Shown here: in pieces, positions 18,601 through 25,556 of the stretch | How positions within the stretch are numbered: the stretch's first letter is position 1 | Layout: the number at the start of each line of letters is the position of its first letter | Translations under genes and position numbers: made by a program | NCBI GenBank assembly: GCA_963752285.1 | Contig: CAVVXN010000001.1 | Span: forward strand, 101,990 to 165,989 | DNA length: 64,000 nucleotides | Origin: an uncultured Planctomycetota bacterium | Lineage (GTDB): Bacteria > Planctomycetota > PLA2 > JAEUHO01 | Direction of reading: 5' to 3' | The notes under the pieces: generated by a model | Told to the model about the DNA's origin: nothing | The model's input: the letters and a program-made list of their open reading frames with translations, nothing else | The model's database searches: none

Positions 18601-18785
18601 GCATGGGCCAGCTTCTCGCGGGCCGGACGTCGCTCGTCATCGCCCACCGCCTCTCGACGATCCGCGACGCCGACCGGATCGTCGTCCTCGAGCGGGGGAA
18701 GATCGCCGAGGAGGGCACACACGACGAGCTGATGGCGCTCCGCGGCCTCTACTTCCACCTCTCGAGCCAGCAGGCGACGGGCTGA
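15687..18785 (+). CDS. ABC exporter with two N-terminal cyclic-nucleotide-binding domains and a C39 peptidase domain (bacteriocin/GG-peptide exporter type)
   Basis: In track ORF 14979..18785 from MSELLRESPL. There are two CAP_ED-like domains (FGEAAL..RSATVRC and FGEMSAL..RSASAEA). The C39 domain has QIDEMDCAAAALAMV (Cys) and NHWVVVHAV (His). A six-TM ABC membrane domain follows. The NBD has GRSGCGKTT, LSGGQKQR and LIFDEATSALD. Confidence 0.85.
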   Translation: MSELLRESPLERTVFRFLGAGARAALLERFTPCRFAFGDVVVRQGEEADAYYVMTEGRARVLRTTETGEEISLRVLRTGDEFGEAALSPGGARSATVRCSSRVEVLRLERTAFLALAHENPAIRHAVEIAARFKTLHGFLYEFSNFGRLSAPCVQRLVESLEPEPRARGEVFLREGDPPGPMYVIQQGRVRLFTTRGGREHNLAFRREGEFFGEMSALSGTPRSASAEATTDTVLLALRPQAVNRLREEFPDLGRLLEERIAQYRSDEAARVPLDFATEMLPADASVENKVGLDLEDETPAPGPDAAAVKVPRLRRRFRSFPYVAQIDEMDCAAAALAMVCRHHGRKVALPRIRELCQTSTDGTSLKAICHAARELGLAARAAKVSAREIDGLPLPAIAHWEGNHWVVVHAVDRGHVHVADPAQGLRKIDRRAFLERWTGYAALFDYTTAFEHAPEGRPALSWIWPFFGRHRAVLVKVLLLAGVVSALQLVLPLLTQTVIDSVIVGKDVSLLATIMLGIGAALVFMVLASVVQQYLLAYAAVRIDSAILDFLTRRLLALPMRYFQTRRTGDIQRRLDGAEQIRELVVQHGIGSVLAIVLLLGCLGLMFAYSATLALAFLAVAPLYGVLVWLSVRFLKPILADLEASRGRYRAHQIDAIKGIEAVKAASAEGAFRDAMLSQFLSVTRQMFRGTFFFMGYDSAIQTLSVVATALFLWVGARQVLSGAMSVGGFVAFNTLAMMANASILRLLQSWEKALSASVLLHRLEDVVAQEPEQGSDHARLRPVPSLEGRIELRGVGFRYGGPESPRILQDVTLDVPAGQSLALVGRSGCGKTTLVKLVAGLLEPTEGTILFDRMDLATLDHAALRRHVGIVLQENHVFDGSIRDNIAFGDPDPDLGRVLWAARMANAHEFVMRLPLGYETRVGESGLALSGGQKQRVVIARALYADPAVLIFDEATSALDSESERAIQESMGQLLAGRTSLVIAHRLSTIRDADRIVVLERGKIAEEGTHDELMALRGLYFHLSSQQATG

Positions 18786-18896
18786 CGCTCTCCGCCGGCC
18801 GTGCCGGCAGCGACATCGCGTGGGCCCGGGCCTCTCCGGGGTTGCTCCGCGGGCGTCGCCCCGATGGAATGGCCGACCCAGGCTGGAGAGGTCCCC

Positions 18897-19340
18897 ATGG
18901 AACCCACGATCGAGACGCTCACAAAACGACCCCTGCTCGGCATCCGCGCGCACGTGAAGGTCACGCAGATCGGCGAGCGGATCGGCGAGCTGATGCCGCG
19001 TCTCATGGCCGTCGCCGGTCCCCACGTGGCGGGTCCTCCCGTCGCGCGCTGGCACACGTGGGAGAACGACGAGGGCGAGATGGAGCTCGCGGTGCCCGTC
19101 CGGACGCCGGTCGAGGGCCGGGGCGAGGTCCAGGCCTCCACGCTGCCCGGCGGGCGCGCCGCGGTGTTCACACACGTCGGTTCCTACGAGGGCCTGAAGG
19201 ACGCGTGGGGTGGCGTCTCCAAGTGGCTCCAGTCGAGCGCCTACCAGGGCCGGGACGCGCCCTGGGAGGAGTACGTGGACGACGGCCGGAGCACCCCGGT
19301 CGAGAGGCTCCGCACGCGGATCGTCTGGCCGATCGTCTGA
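18897..19340 (+). CDS. GyrI-like small-molecule-binding domain protein
   Basis: Track ORF 18801..19340; start MEPTIETL at 18897 after GGAGAG. The layout ...LLGIRAHV...WENDEGEMELAVPV...GGRAAVFTHVGSYEGL...PWEEY is GyrI-like. Confidence 0.6.
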   Translation: MEPTIETLTKRPLLGIRAHVKVTQIGERIGELMPRLMAVAGPHVAGPPVARWHTWENDEGEMELAVPVRTPVEGRGEVQASTLPGGRAAVFTHVGSYEGLKDAWGGVSKWLQSSAYQGRDAPWEEYVDDGRSTPVERLRTRIVWPIV

Positions 19341-19426
19341 CGCGCCCGCACGGCGCCGCGCGGGGACGGGCGCCGAGGACCGGGACCGGTTGTCCGGCCT
19401 CCGGTCGCCTGCCATCCTCTCGGCGC

Positions 19427-20074
19427 ATGAAGAAGCTCCTCCAGGGCATCCTCGACTTCCGCCGCCGCCGCCCGGCGGGCTACGCGAAGGCGCTCGCCGA
19501 GCTCGCGCTCGGGCAGACGCCCGACGCGCTCCTGATCTGCTGCTCGGACAGTCGCGTCGCGCCGAACGTCTTCGCGTCCGTCGAGCCCGGTGACCTCCTC
19601 GTGGTCCGCAACGTCGGGAACCTGGTGCCGCCGCACGACGAGGGCGGGACGTCCGAGACGTCCGTGGCCGCCGCGATCGAGCTGGCCGTCGGCGCCCTGC
19701 ACGTGGAGGACGTGATCGTCTGCGGACACTCGGGATGCGCGGCGATGCGCGCGGTCCACGAGGGCGACCGGGCCTCGGTCGCGCCGCCGCTCGCCGCCTG
19801 GCTGAAGCACGGCGAGCCCGCCCTCCGTGGCCTGGGCCGTCCCCCCCGGGGCCTGACGCACGAGAACCACCTGTCGCAGCAAAACACCCTGCTCCAGCTC
19901 GAGAACCTCCGCACGTACCCGGCCGTGCGCGAGGCCGAGACGATCGGGACGCTCCGTCTGCACGCCTGGTGGTTCGACATCGCGCGAGCCGAGGTACAGC
20001 ATCACGACGAGGAGCAGGACGGCTTCGTCCCCCTCGACGACGCCTCGGTGGCCCGACTCCTGATGCGCCTCTGA
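19427..20074 (+). CDS. Beta-class carbonic anhydrase
   Basis: C-terminal part of track ORF 15782..20074 from MKKLLQGILDFRRR. Zinc ligand motifs are LLICCSDSRV and VCGHSGCAAM. Confidence 0.85.
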   Translation: MKKLLQGILDFRRRRPAGYAKALAELALGQTPDALLICCSDSRVAPNVFASVEPGDLLVVRNVGNLVPPHDEGGTSETSVAAAIELAVGALHVEDVIVCGHSGCAAMRAVHEGDRASVAPPLAAWLKHGEPALRGLGRPPRGLTHENHLSQQNTLLQLENLRTYPAVREAETIGTLRLHAWWFDIARAEVQHHDEEQDGFVPLDDASVARLLMRL

Positions 20075-20278
20075 CCGTCCTGGCCGTCCGGCGGAAGGAC
20101 GACGATCCTCCCGGCACCGTCCGCGAACGGGCTCGGCCAGGCCTCCCGCGAGCCCACCCGGGGCGAAGGTCGCCCGGCGAACGCGGCGTCCCGCCCCGCC
20201 GACCGGGCGGCGCCGTCGCACCGGTCGCGGCCGACTCGGACGCGTGCTCGAGCTCCGTACGCGTACACTCGCGCGCCC

Positions 20279-21205
20279 TTGGATCCCGGGTCGTCCGTTC
20301 CGCTCCTGCCGTACCGTGAACCGCGCTGGGAACGCTCGGTCGCGAGCGTGGAGATCGACGACGAGAGAGGGCGCGCGCTCCTCGCGGCGTGGCCCGAGCT
20401 CGTCGGGCGGCCCTGGCGGCATCTCGAGGGCGGCCTTCGGTCGTCCGGTTTCCGGGTCGGCGACGACCTCGTGCTGCGCGTCGCGTCGTCCCCCGAACAG
20501 GACCTGGAGCGGGAGGCCGCGCTCCACGAACGCATGGCCGGGCGCGTCCGCGTGCCCCGCGTGCGGGGTCGCGCCCCCGGCGCGCTGCTCTTGGAGCACG
20601 TCCCGCACGCCGAGCTGCCCGACACGGCGGCCGCCGGTGGCGCCGCGGGACGCGCCGCGGCGCGAATCCACGCGTTCGGGTACGAGCGGAGCGGGTTCCT
20701 CGACGCGCACCTCGACGTCGTCGATCCGTTCCCCGACGCGCTGACCGGGCTCCTCGGGTGGACGACGTCGTGTCTCGCCGGGCCGGCCGGGCGGACCCTC
20801 GGCCCGCGTGTCGCGCGCGTCCGTGACGCGTGGCAGGAGGCGCACGCGGCGCTCGTCCGCGCCACCGAGCGACCCGTCCTCCTGCACGCCGACTTCAAGC
20901 CCGCGAACGTGAAGTGGCTGCCCGGCGAAGGGGACGTGGTCGTGTTCGACTGGGAGTTCTCGTGGGCCGGCCCCGCGCTGATGGACGTCGGACAGATGTT
21001 CCGTTGGGGCGCGTCGGCGGAGTTCACCTCGGCCTTCGCGTCGGCGTACCGGGCCGAGGGGGGAACGATGTCCGAGGGGTGGGCGCGGACCGCGGCGCTC
21101 CTGGACCTCTTCAACCTGGTCGGCCTCCTCGACCACCTCGAGCCGATGCCGCGCCGCGACGGCGACCTGCTGGACGCCGTGGATCGGACCCTCGGGACGC
21201 GGTAG
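20279..21205 (+). CDS. Aminoglycoside-phosphotransferase (APH)-fold kinase family protein
   Basis: Track ORF of 308 aa. LLHADFKPANVKW (HxDxxxxN catalytic loop) and VVVFDWEF (metal-binding Asp). The start is uncertain (TTG at 20279, or a downstream GTG). Confidence 0.65.
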   Translation: MDPGSSVPLLPYREPRWERSVASVEIDDERGRALLAAWPELVGRPWRHLEGGLRSSGFRVGDDLVLRVASSPEQDLEREAALHERMAGRVRVPRVRGRAPGALLLEHVPHAELPDTAAAGGAAGRAAARIHAFGYERSGFLDAHLDVVDPFPDALTGLLGWTTSCLAGPAGRTLGPRVARVRDAWQEAHAALVRATERPVLLHADFKPANVKWLPGEGDVVVFDWEFSWAGPALMDVGQMFRWGASAEFTSAFASAYRAEGGTMSEGWARTAALLDLFNLVGLLDHLEPMPRRDGDLLDAVDRTLGTR

Positions 21206-21297
21206 CCCCGCCGACGTCGAAGGCCGACGGCGTGCGGGACGCAGGCGGGGCGGGTACGCTCGCGCCCCCAGGGCACGGAGGCGGGAGGAGCGTCGGG

Positions 21298-23046
21298 ATG
21301 GCCGCCGACACGAACCGGGTCGCCGGGATCGACCTCGGGACCACGAACAGCTCGATCGCCGTGTTCGAGGACGGACGCGTCCGCGTCCTTCCGAACGCGC
21401 TGGGCGAACCCCTCACGCCCTCCGTGGTGGCGTGGGACGAGCGCGAGCGGCGCATGCTCGTCGGCCGCACGGCGAAGGACATCTGGGCGCTCCACCCGGA
21501 CCGTGGCGCCGGCCTCTTCAAGCGCGCCATGGGGACGAACCGCGTGTACCGGGTCGGACCGCAGCTTCTGACGGCGATCGAGCTGAGCGCGCTCGTCCTC
21601 CGGGATCTCAAGGAGAACGCCGAGCGCTCGCTCGGCGAGATCGTCGAGCGGGTCGTCATCACGGTGCCCGCCTACTTCAACGAGGACCAGCGCCTCGCGA
21701 CGCGGCAGGCCGGCGAGCGCGCGGGATTCTGCGTCGAGCGCATCCTGAACGAGCCCACGGCGGCGGCCATCGCGCACGGGCTCCACCGGCGCAAGAGCGA
21801 GGCGGTGCTGCTGGTGTTCGATCTCGGCGGCGGCACGTTCGACGTGTGTGTCATGGAACGCTTCGAGGGGAACCTCGAGGTCAAGAGCGTCGCGGGCGAG
21901 AGCATGCTCGGCGGCGAGGACTTCACGCGTCGCATCGCCGGCGCGGCGCTCGAGCGCTTCGGGCTCCCCTTCGAGATCGCGGAGATGGAGGATCCGGAGG
22001 CGCTGGCCCTGCTCGTCAAGCGGGCCGAGCTCCTGAAGCGCGGTCTCGCCGGCGCGACGACGGGGAGCCCCCCGCCCGCCCTCCGCATCCCGCCGTTCGG
22101 CACGCGTCTGAAGGAGGAGCAGTCGGTCCCGGTCGGCGCCGCGATCCTCGACGACGCCTTCGCGCCCCTGCTCTCCCGGCTGACCGGGCCCGTGCGCACC
22201 GCGCTCCGGAGCGCGCACCTCACGCGCACCGACGTGGACGAGCTGATCCTGGTGGGCGGCGCCACGCGGCTGCCGCAGGTCGTCCAGCTGGTCTGCGAGC
22301 TCCTGCCGGTCGCTCCGCACGACGGCGTGGATCCCGACCTGGCCGTCGCGTACGGCGCGGCGATCCAGGGCGCCCTCTACGCCCGCGAGGAGGCGGTCTC
22401 GGACCTCGTGGTCACCGACATCGCGTCCCACAGCCTCGGCGTGGACACGTGCAAGGTCTTCGGCGCCGAACATCGCGGGGGCTACTTCTCCCCGATCATC
22501 CACCGGGGAACGGTGATCCCCACCTCGCGCGCGACCACCTTCACCACGATCGACGCGAACCAGACGGTCATGGTCCTCGGCGTGTACGAGGGCGAGGCGC
22601 GGCACGTGAAGGACAACCGGAAGATCGGCGAGCTGCGCGTGAGCGGCATCCCGAAGGGACCGCCGGGTAAGGGCGTCGAGGTCACGTTCACGTACGACCT
22701 CGACGGCATCCTCCAGGTGGACGCGCGGGTTCGCGACACGGGCGCCACGTTCTCGAAGGTGTTCCACCGCACGGGGCGAGAGCTCGACGCCGACGAGGCC
22801 GCGGCGGCGGCCGCCCGCCTCGCGGAGCTCAAGGCCGACCCGTGCGAGGCGCCCGCCGTGCGCGATCTGATCGCGCGGGCCGAGCTCTTGCTCCGCGACG
22901 TGAGCGCCGAGGAACGACGGCAGCTCGAGCAGGGGCTCGACGCCCTCGAGCACGCGCTCCTCGACCGCGACGCCGCGCGCATCGAGGAGGCGCGCGCCCA
23001 CCTCGAGTCGCTCTGCCAGGAGCTCGACGGCGGGGACCGCTGGTGA
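21298..23046 (+). CDS. Hsp70 family chaperone (HscC-like, non-DnaK paralogue)
   Basis: In track ORF 20830..23046 from MAADTNRVAGIDLGTTNSSIAVF. Motifs NEPTAAAIAHG, VFDLGGGTFDV and LVGGATRLP are present. A substrate-binding beta domain and a short helical lid follow. GGAGG-rich sequence lies upstream. Confidence 0.85.
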   Translation: MAADTNRVAGIDLGTTNSSIAVFEDGRVRVLPNALGEPLTPSVVAWDERERRMLVGRTAKDIWALHPDRGAGLFKRAMGTNRVYRVGPQLLTAIELSALVLRDLKENAERSLGEIVERVVITVPAYFNEDQRLATRQAGERAGFCVERILNEPTAAAIAHGLHRRKSEAVLLVFDLGGGTFDVCVMERFEGNLEVKSVAGESMLGGEDFTRRIAGAALERFGLPFEIAEMEDPEALALLVKRAELLKRGLAGATTGSPPPALRIPPFGTRLKEEQSVPVGAAILDDAFAPLLSRLTGPVRTALRSAHLTRTDVDELILVGGATRLPQVVQLVCELLPVAPHDGVDPDLAVAYGAAIQGALYAREEAVSDLVVTDIASHSLGVDTCKVFGAEHRGGYFSPIIHRGTVIPTSRATTFTTIDANQTVMVLGVYEGEARHVKDNRKIGELRVSGIPKGPPGKGVEVTFTYDLDGILQVDARVRDTGATFSKVFHRTGRELDADEAAAAAARLAELKADPCEAPAVRDLIARAELLLRDVSAEERRQLEQGLDALEHALLDRDAARIEEARAHLESLCQELDGGDRW

Positions 23047-23945
23047 GCGAGGTGGACGCAGCGCTCCTCGACGCGGTGCGACACGCGCCGGACGCCCCGG
23101 CGGCGCGACGCGCGGTGGCGGCGGCGATGGCGGCGACGCCGGACGCCGCGCCCGGACGCGTCCGAATCCTCCGTCGCGCGCTGGCGCGTCGTCTCGCGGA
23201 GCTCGAGCGCGCGCGCGCGCCCCGGGCGACCGGCGGCGCGGCCGCACCGGCGGTCGAGGCGCGCCCCGGGATCGGGAGCGCGGGCGACTGGCGCCGCGCG
23301 TGGCTCGACCCGACGACCGACCCGCACGCCCTGTCGGCGTGGCTCGACGACCTCTGGTCGCGGGACGCGGACGCCGCGGAGCGCCTCGCGCGGCTCCTCG
23401 ACGCCCGCGAGGAGTGGTTCGCGCTCCACGCCGCGGGCGGGCTCGGCGACGCCGTGGGGTCGGTCCTCGAGCGCTGGGTCCGTACGGGCAACACGCCCGG
23501 CGCGCGCGAGGCACTCCGGCGGACCCTTCCGGCGGGTCGCAAGATCCTCGACCGGATCGAACGCGAGGCCCCGCGACTCTTCGCCGCCGAGGAGACGCTC
23601 CTTCGTCCTCTCGTGGACCGCGCGTACGCGAAACGCCTCGCGCGATCGTCCGTGCGGCGGCGCGCGACGCCGCGACGGACGGGCGGCGTCTTCGCGACCG
23701 TCTTGGTGACGCTGTGGCTCCTGAACCAGTGCCGGCGTGCGGGACCCGTGGCCCCGCACGACGCGGCGACGCCCCCGACGACGTCGTCGGAGGACGCGCG
23801 CGGGGACGTCCACGAACGGCAGGGGCCGGTCCCCCGGGACGCGGAGGGCCCGGAGGGGCTCCCCGGAACGCCGGCGGCCGCGGCACCGGGCGCGGAGCCG
23901 ACGACCGCGCCCCCGGCGTCCGACGCGCCGGGGGGCGAGCGTTGA
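23043..23945 (+). CDS. Hypothetical protein: helical cytoplasmic domain, one TM segment, Pro/Thr/Ala-rich tail
   Basis: In track ORF 22842..23945. The GTG at 23043 overlaps the Hsp70 stop (GTGA). The TM segment is GGVFATVLVTLWLLN. No family recognised. Confidence 0.55.
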   Translation: MSEVDAALLDAVRHAPDAPAARRAVAAAMAATPDAAPGRVRILRRALARRLAELERARAPRATGGAAAPAVEARPGIGSAGDWRRAWLDPTTDPHALSAWLDDLWSRDADAAERLARLLDAREEWFALHAAGGLGDAVGSVLERWVRTGNTPGAREALRRTLPAGRKILDRIEREAPRLFAAEETLLRPLVDRAYAKRLARSSVRRRATPRRTGGVFATVLVTLWLLNQCRRAGPVAPHDAATPPTTSSEDARGDVHERQGPVPRDAEGPEGLPGTPAAAAPGAEPTTAPPASDAPGGER

Positions 23946-25453
23946 CGAACGACGACGCCCTGCCTGCGACCGAGGACCCGTTCGAGCTCCTGGGCCTCCC
24001 GCGCACCGCGGACGAGGTCGAAGCGCGGCGCGCGTACGTCCGGCTCGCGAAGCGGTTTCGCCCCGAGACGCACCCGGTCGCGTTCCGGCGCGTCCGTCGC
24101 GCGTGGGAGGACGTGCGGGACTGGATCCGGTGGGTGCGGGGAGCGGACGCTCCCGAGCACGACGAACCCGGGGACCGACGCGCCGCTCACCTCGCCCGCG
24201 CGGAGGCCGCGCGGTCCCGTGCCCACCCCCTTTGGGCCGACGCGGCGCGTGGCGACGTCGGAGCGGCCCGCGCGCGGGCCCGGGCCTGGGTCCGCGACGA
24301 GCCCGCATCCGAGGAGGCCTGGACGCACCGCTACCTCCTCGAGGACGTGTTCGTGTCCCGCGAGGCCGCCACGTCGGTCCTGGAGGAAGCGTTCGCCTCG
24401 ACGGCCGCCCCCGCGAGCGTCGCGCTCCGCCTGCTCGAGCGCTCCGAGCGCGAGGCCGTGGCGCGCGGACCGGAATGCGCGTGGGAACGGCTCTCGCGAT
24501 GGACGGACCGGAAGGCCGCCCTCGCGTGGATGGGCCTCCGTGTGAGCGTCGGCCTCCGCGACGGTCGCGCCGGAGCGCTGGCGGAAGAGGTGCTCGGCCC
24601 GGCCTTCGAGGACGACGCGCGCGACGACCCCGCCCTGGAGCACCTGGCGTGGGTCGTGATGGTCGGCGCGGCGCGGGAGGCCCCCGAACGGGCCGCCGAG
24701 ATCGCGAAGCGCTACCCGCAGGTCGCCACGCCCGGCGGCTGGACCCCGTGGGAACAGCTCGAGGTGGTGCGCGAGGTCGCCGCCGGCCTCTCCCGCTGGG
24801 CCGGCGACGACCCGCACCGTGGGGAGCTCGCCCGCTTCGTGGCGGTCGCGGGCGTCCTCGACATCGCGACGGTCGCGCCGTGGGCCTCGCGCCTCGCGCG
24901 CGACTTTCGCGCGCGCCCCGAGCTCTGGTTCGACGACCTCCTCGACCTCGACCGCGAGGCGAAGGACGCCCTCGGTCTCTTCTCGCGGACGATCCGCAAC
25001 GAACCGCTGCTCCCGCCCGGCCCCCTGTCGGTGAGGCGCGTCCTCGCGGTGCTCCACGGGGTGGAGGACCGCGTGCGTCGCTGGAAGCGTCGTCGCTTCC
25101 GCCGCGCGTACCTCGTGGCCATCGTCCTCGTCGGCGCCGCGCTCGGGGCGGGCTTTCGGGGCTGGGCGATGCCCGTCGCCATCGTGTCCATGATCGCGCT
25201 CGACCTCTCGCGAGCCCGACGGCGGTACGAGAAGCTCGTGCGGCGGCCCCTGCTCCGCCTCGTGCTCGAACACGCCGTTCCCCCCGAGCGGCTCTCCCCG
25301 CTGATCGAGCGGAACCGGCGCACCCTCGACGCGCTTCACGACCTGCAGGAGCTCGTGCGGGAGGACGAGGCCCTCGAGGCGGTCTACTGGGCCCGCCGCA
25401 TGGCCGAGATCGCGCCCGCCCACCGCGCCGCCACGCCCGACGAGACCGGTTGA
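23942..25453 (+). CDS. Membrane-anchored J-domain-like protein lacking a canonical HPD motif
   Basis: In track ORF 23300..25453. The TTG at 23942 overlaps the upstream stop (TTGA). EDPFELLGLPRTADEVEARRAYVRLAKRFRPETHPVAFRRVRRAWEDV aligns to J-domain helices I-III. RPE sits at the HPD position, and the nearby HP is followed by V. Two TM segments lie near ...YLVAIVLVGAALGAGF..WAMPVAIVSMIAL. Confidence 0.6.
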   Translation: MTNDDALPATEDPFELLGLPRTADEVEARRAYVRLAKRFRPETHPVAFRRVRRAWEDVRDWIRWVRGADAPEHDEPGDRRAAHLARAEAARSRAHPLWADAARGDVGAARARARAWVRDEPASEEAWTHRYLLEDVFVSREAATSVLEEAFASTAAPASVALRLLERSEREAVARGPECAWERLSRWTDRKAALAWMGLRVSVGLRDGRAGALAEEVLGPAFEDDARDDPALEHLAWVVMVGAAREAPERAAEIAKRYPQVATPGGWTPWEQLEVVREVAAGLSRWAGDDPHRGELARFVAVAGVLDIATVAPWASRLARDFRARPELWFDDLLDLDREAKDALGLFSRTIRNEPLLPPGPLSVRRVLAVLHGVEDRVRRWKRRRFRRAYLVAIVLVGAALGAGFRGWAMPVAIVSMIALDLSRARRRYEKLVRRPLLRLVLEHAVPPERLSPLIERNRRTLDALHDLQELVREDEALEAVYWARRMAEIAPAHRAATPDETG

Positions 25454-25556
25454 GGCGCCCGGCGGCGGACGGCGAGCCGTGCGGGGTCGGTCCGGATGGC
25501 CCTCGCGACGCAGGGTCGATATCCTCCCCCTTCTGTCGTTCGTCCGAGGAGGTGTC

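Noticed and set aside
15234-20117. Very long ORFs on the opposite strand or in other frames of real genes. Examples: 15234..20117(-) 1627 aa, 22482..28160(-) 1892 aa, 20002..24006(-) 1334 aa, 9962..13513(-) 1183 aa, 10156..13755(+) 1199 aa, 35037..38144(-) 1035 aa, 48658..51846(-) 1062 aa, 57769..60402(-) 877 aa.
   Set aside because: Their translations are Arg/Pro/Gly/Ala-dominated low-complexity strings with no domain-like motifs. They fully overlap ORFs with clear family signatures and G/C-ending codon bias. Stop-free antisense frames are expected in DNA this GC-rich.
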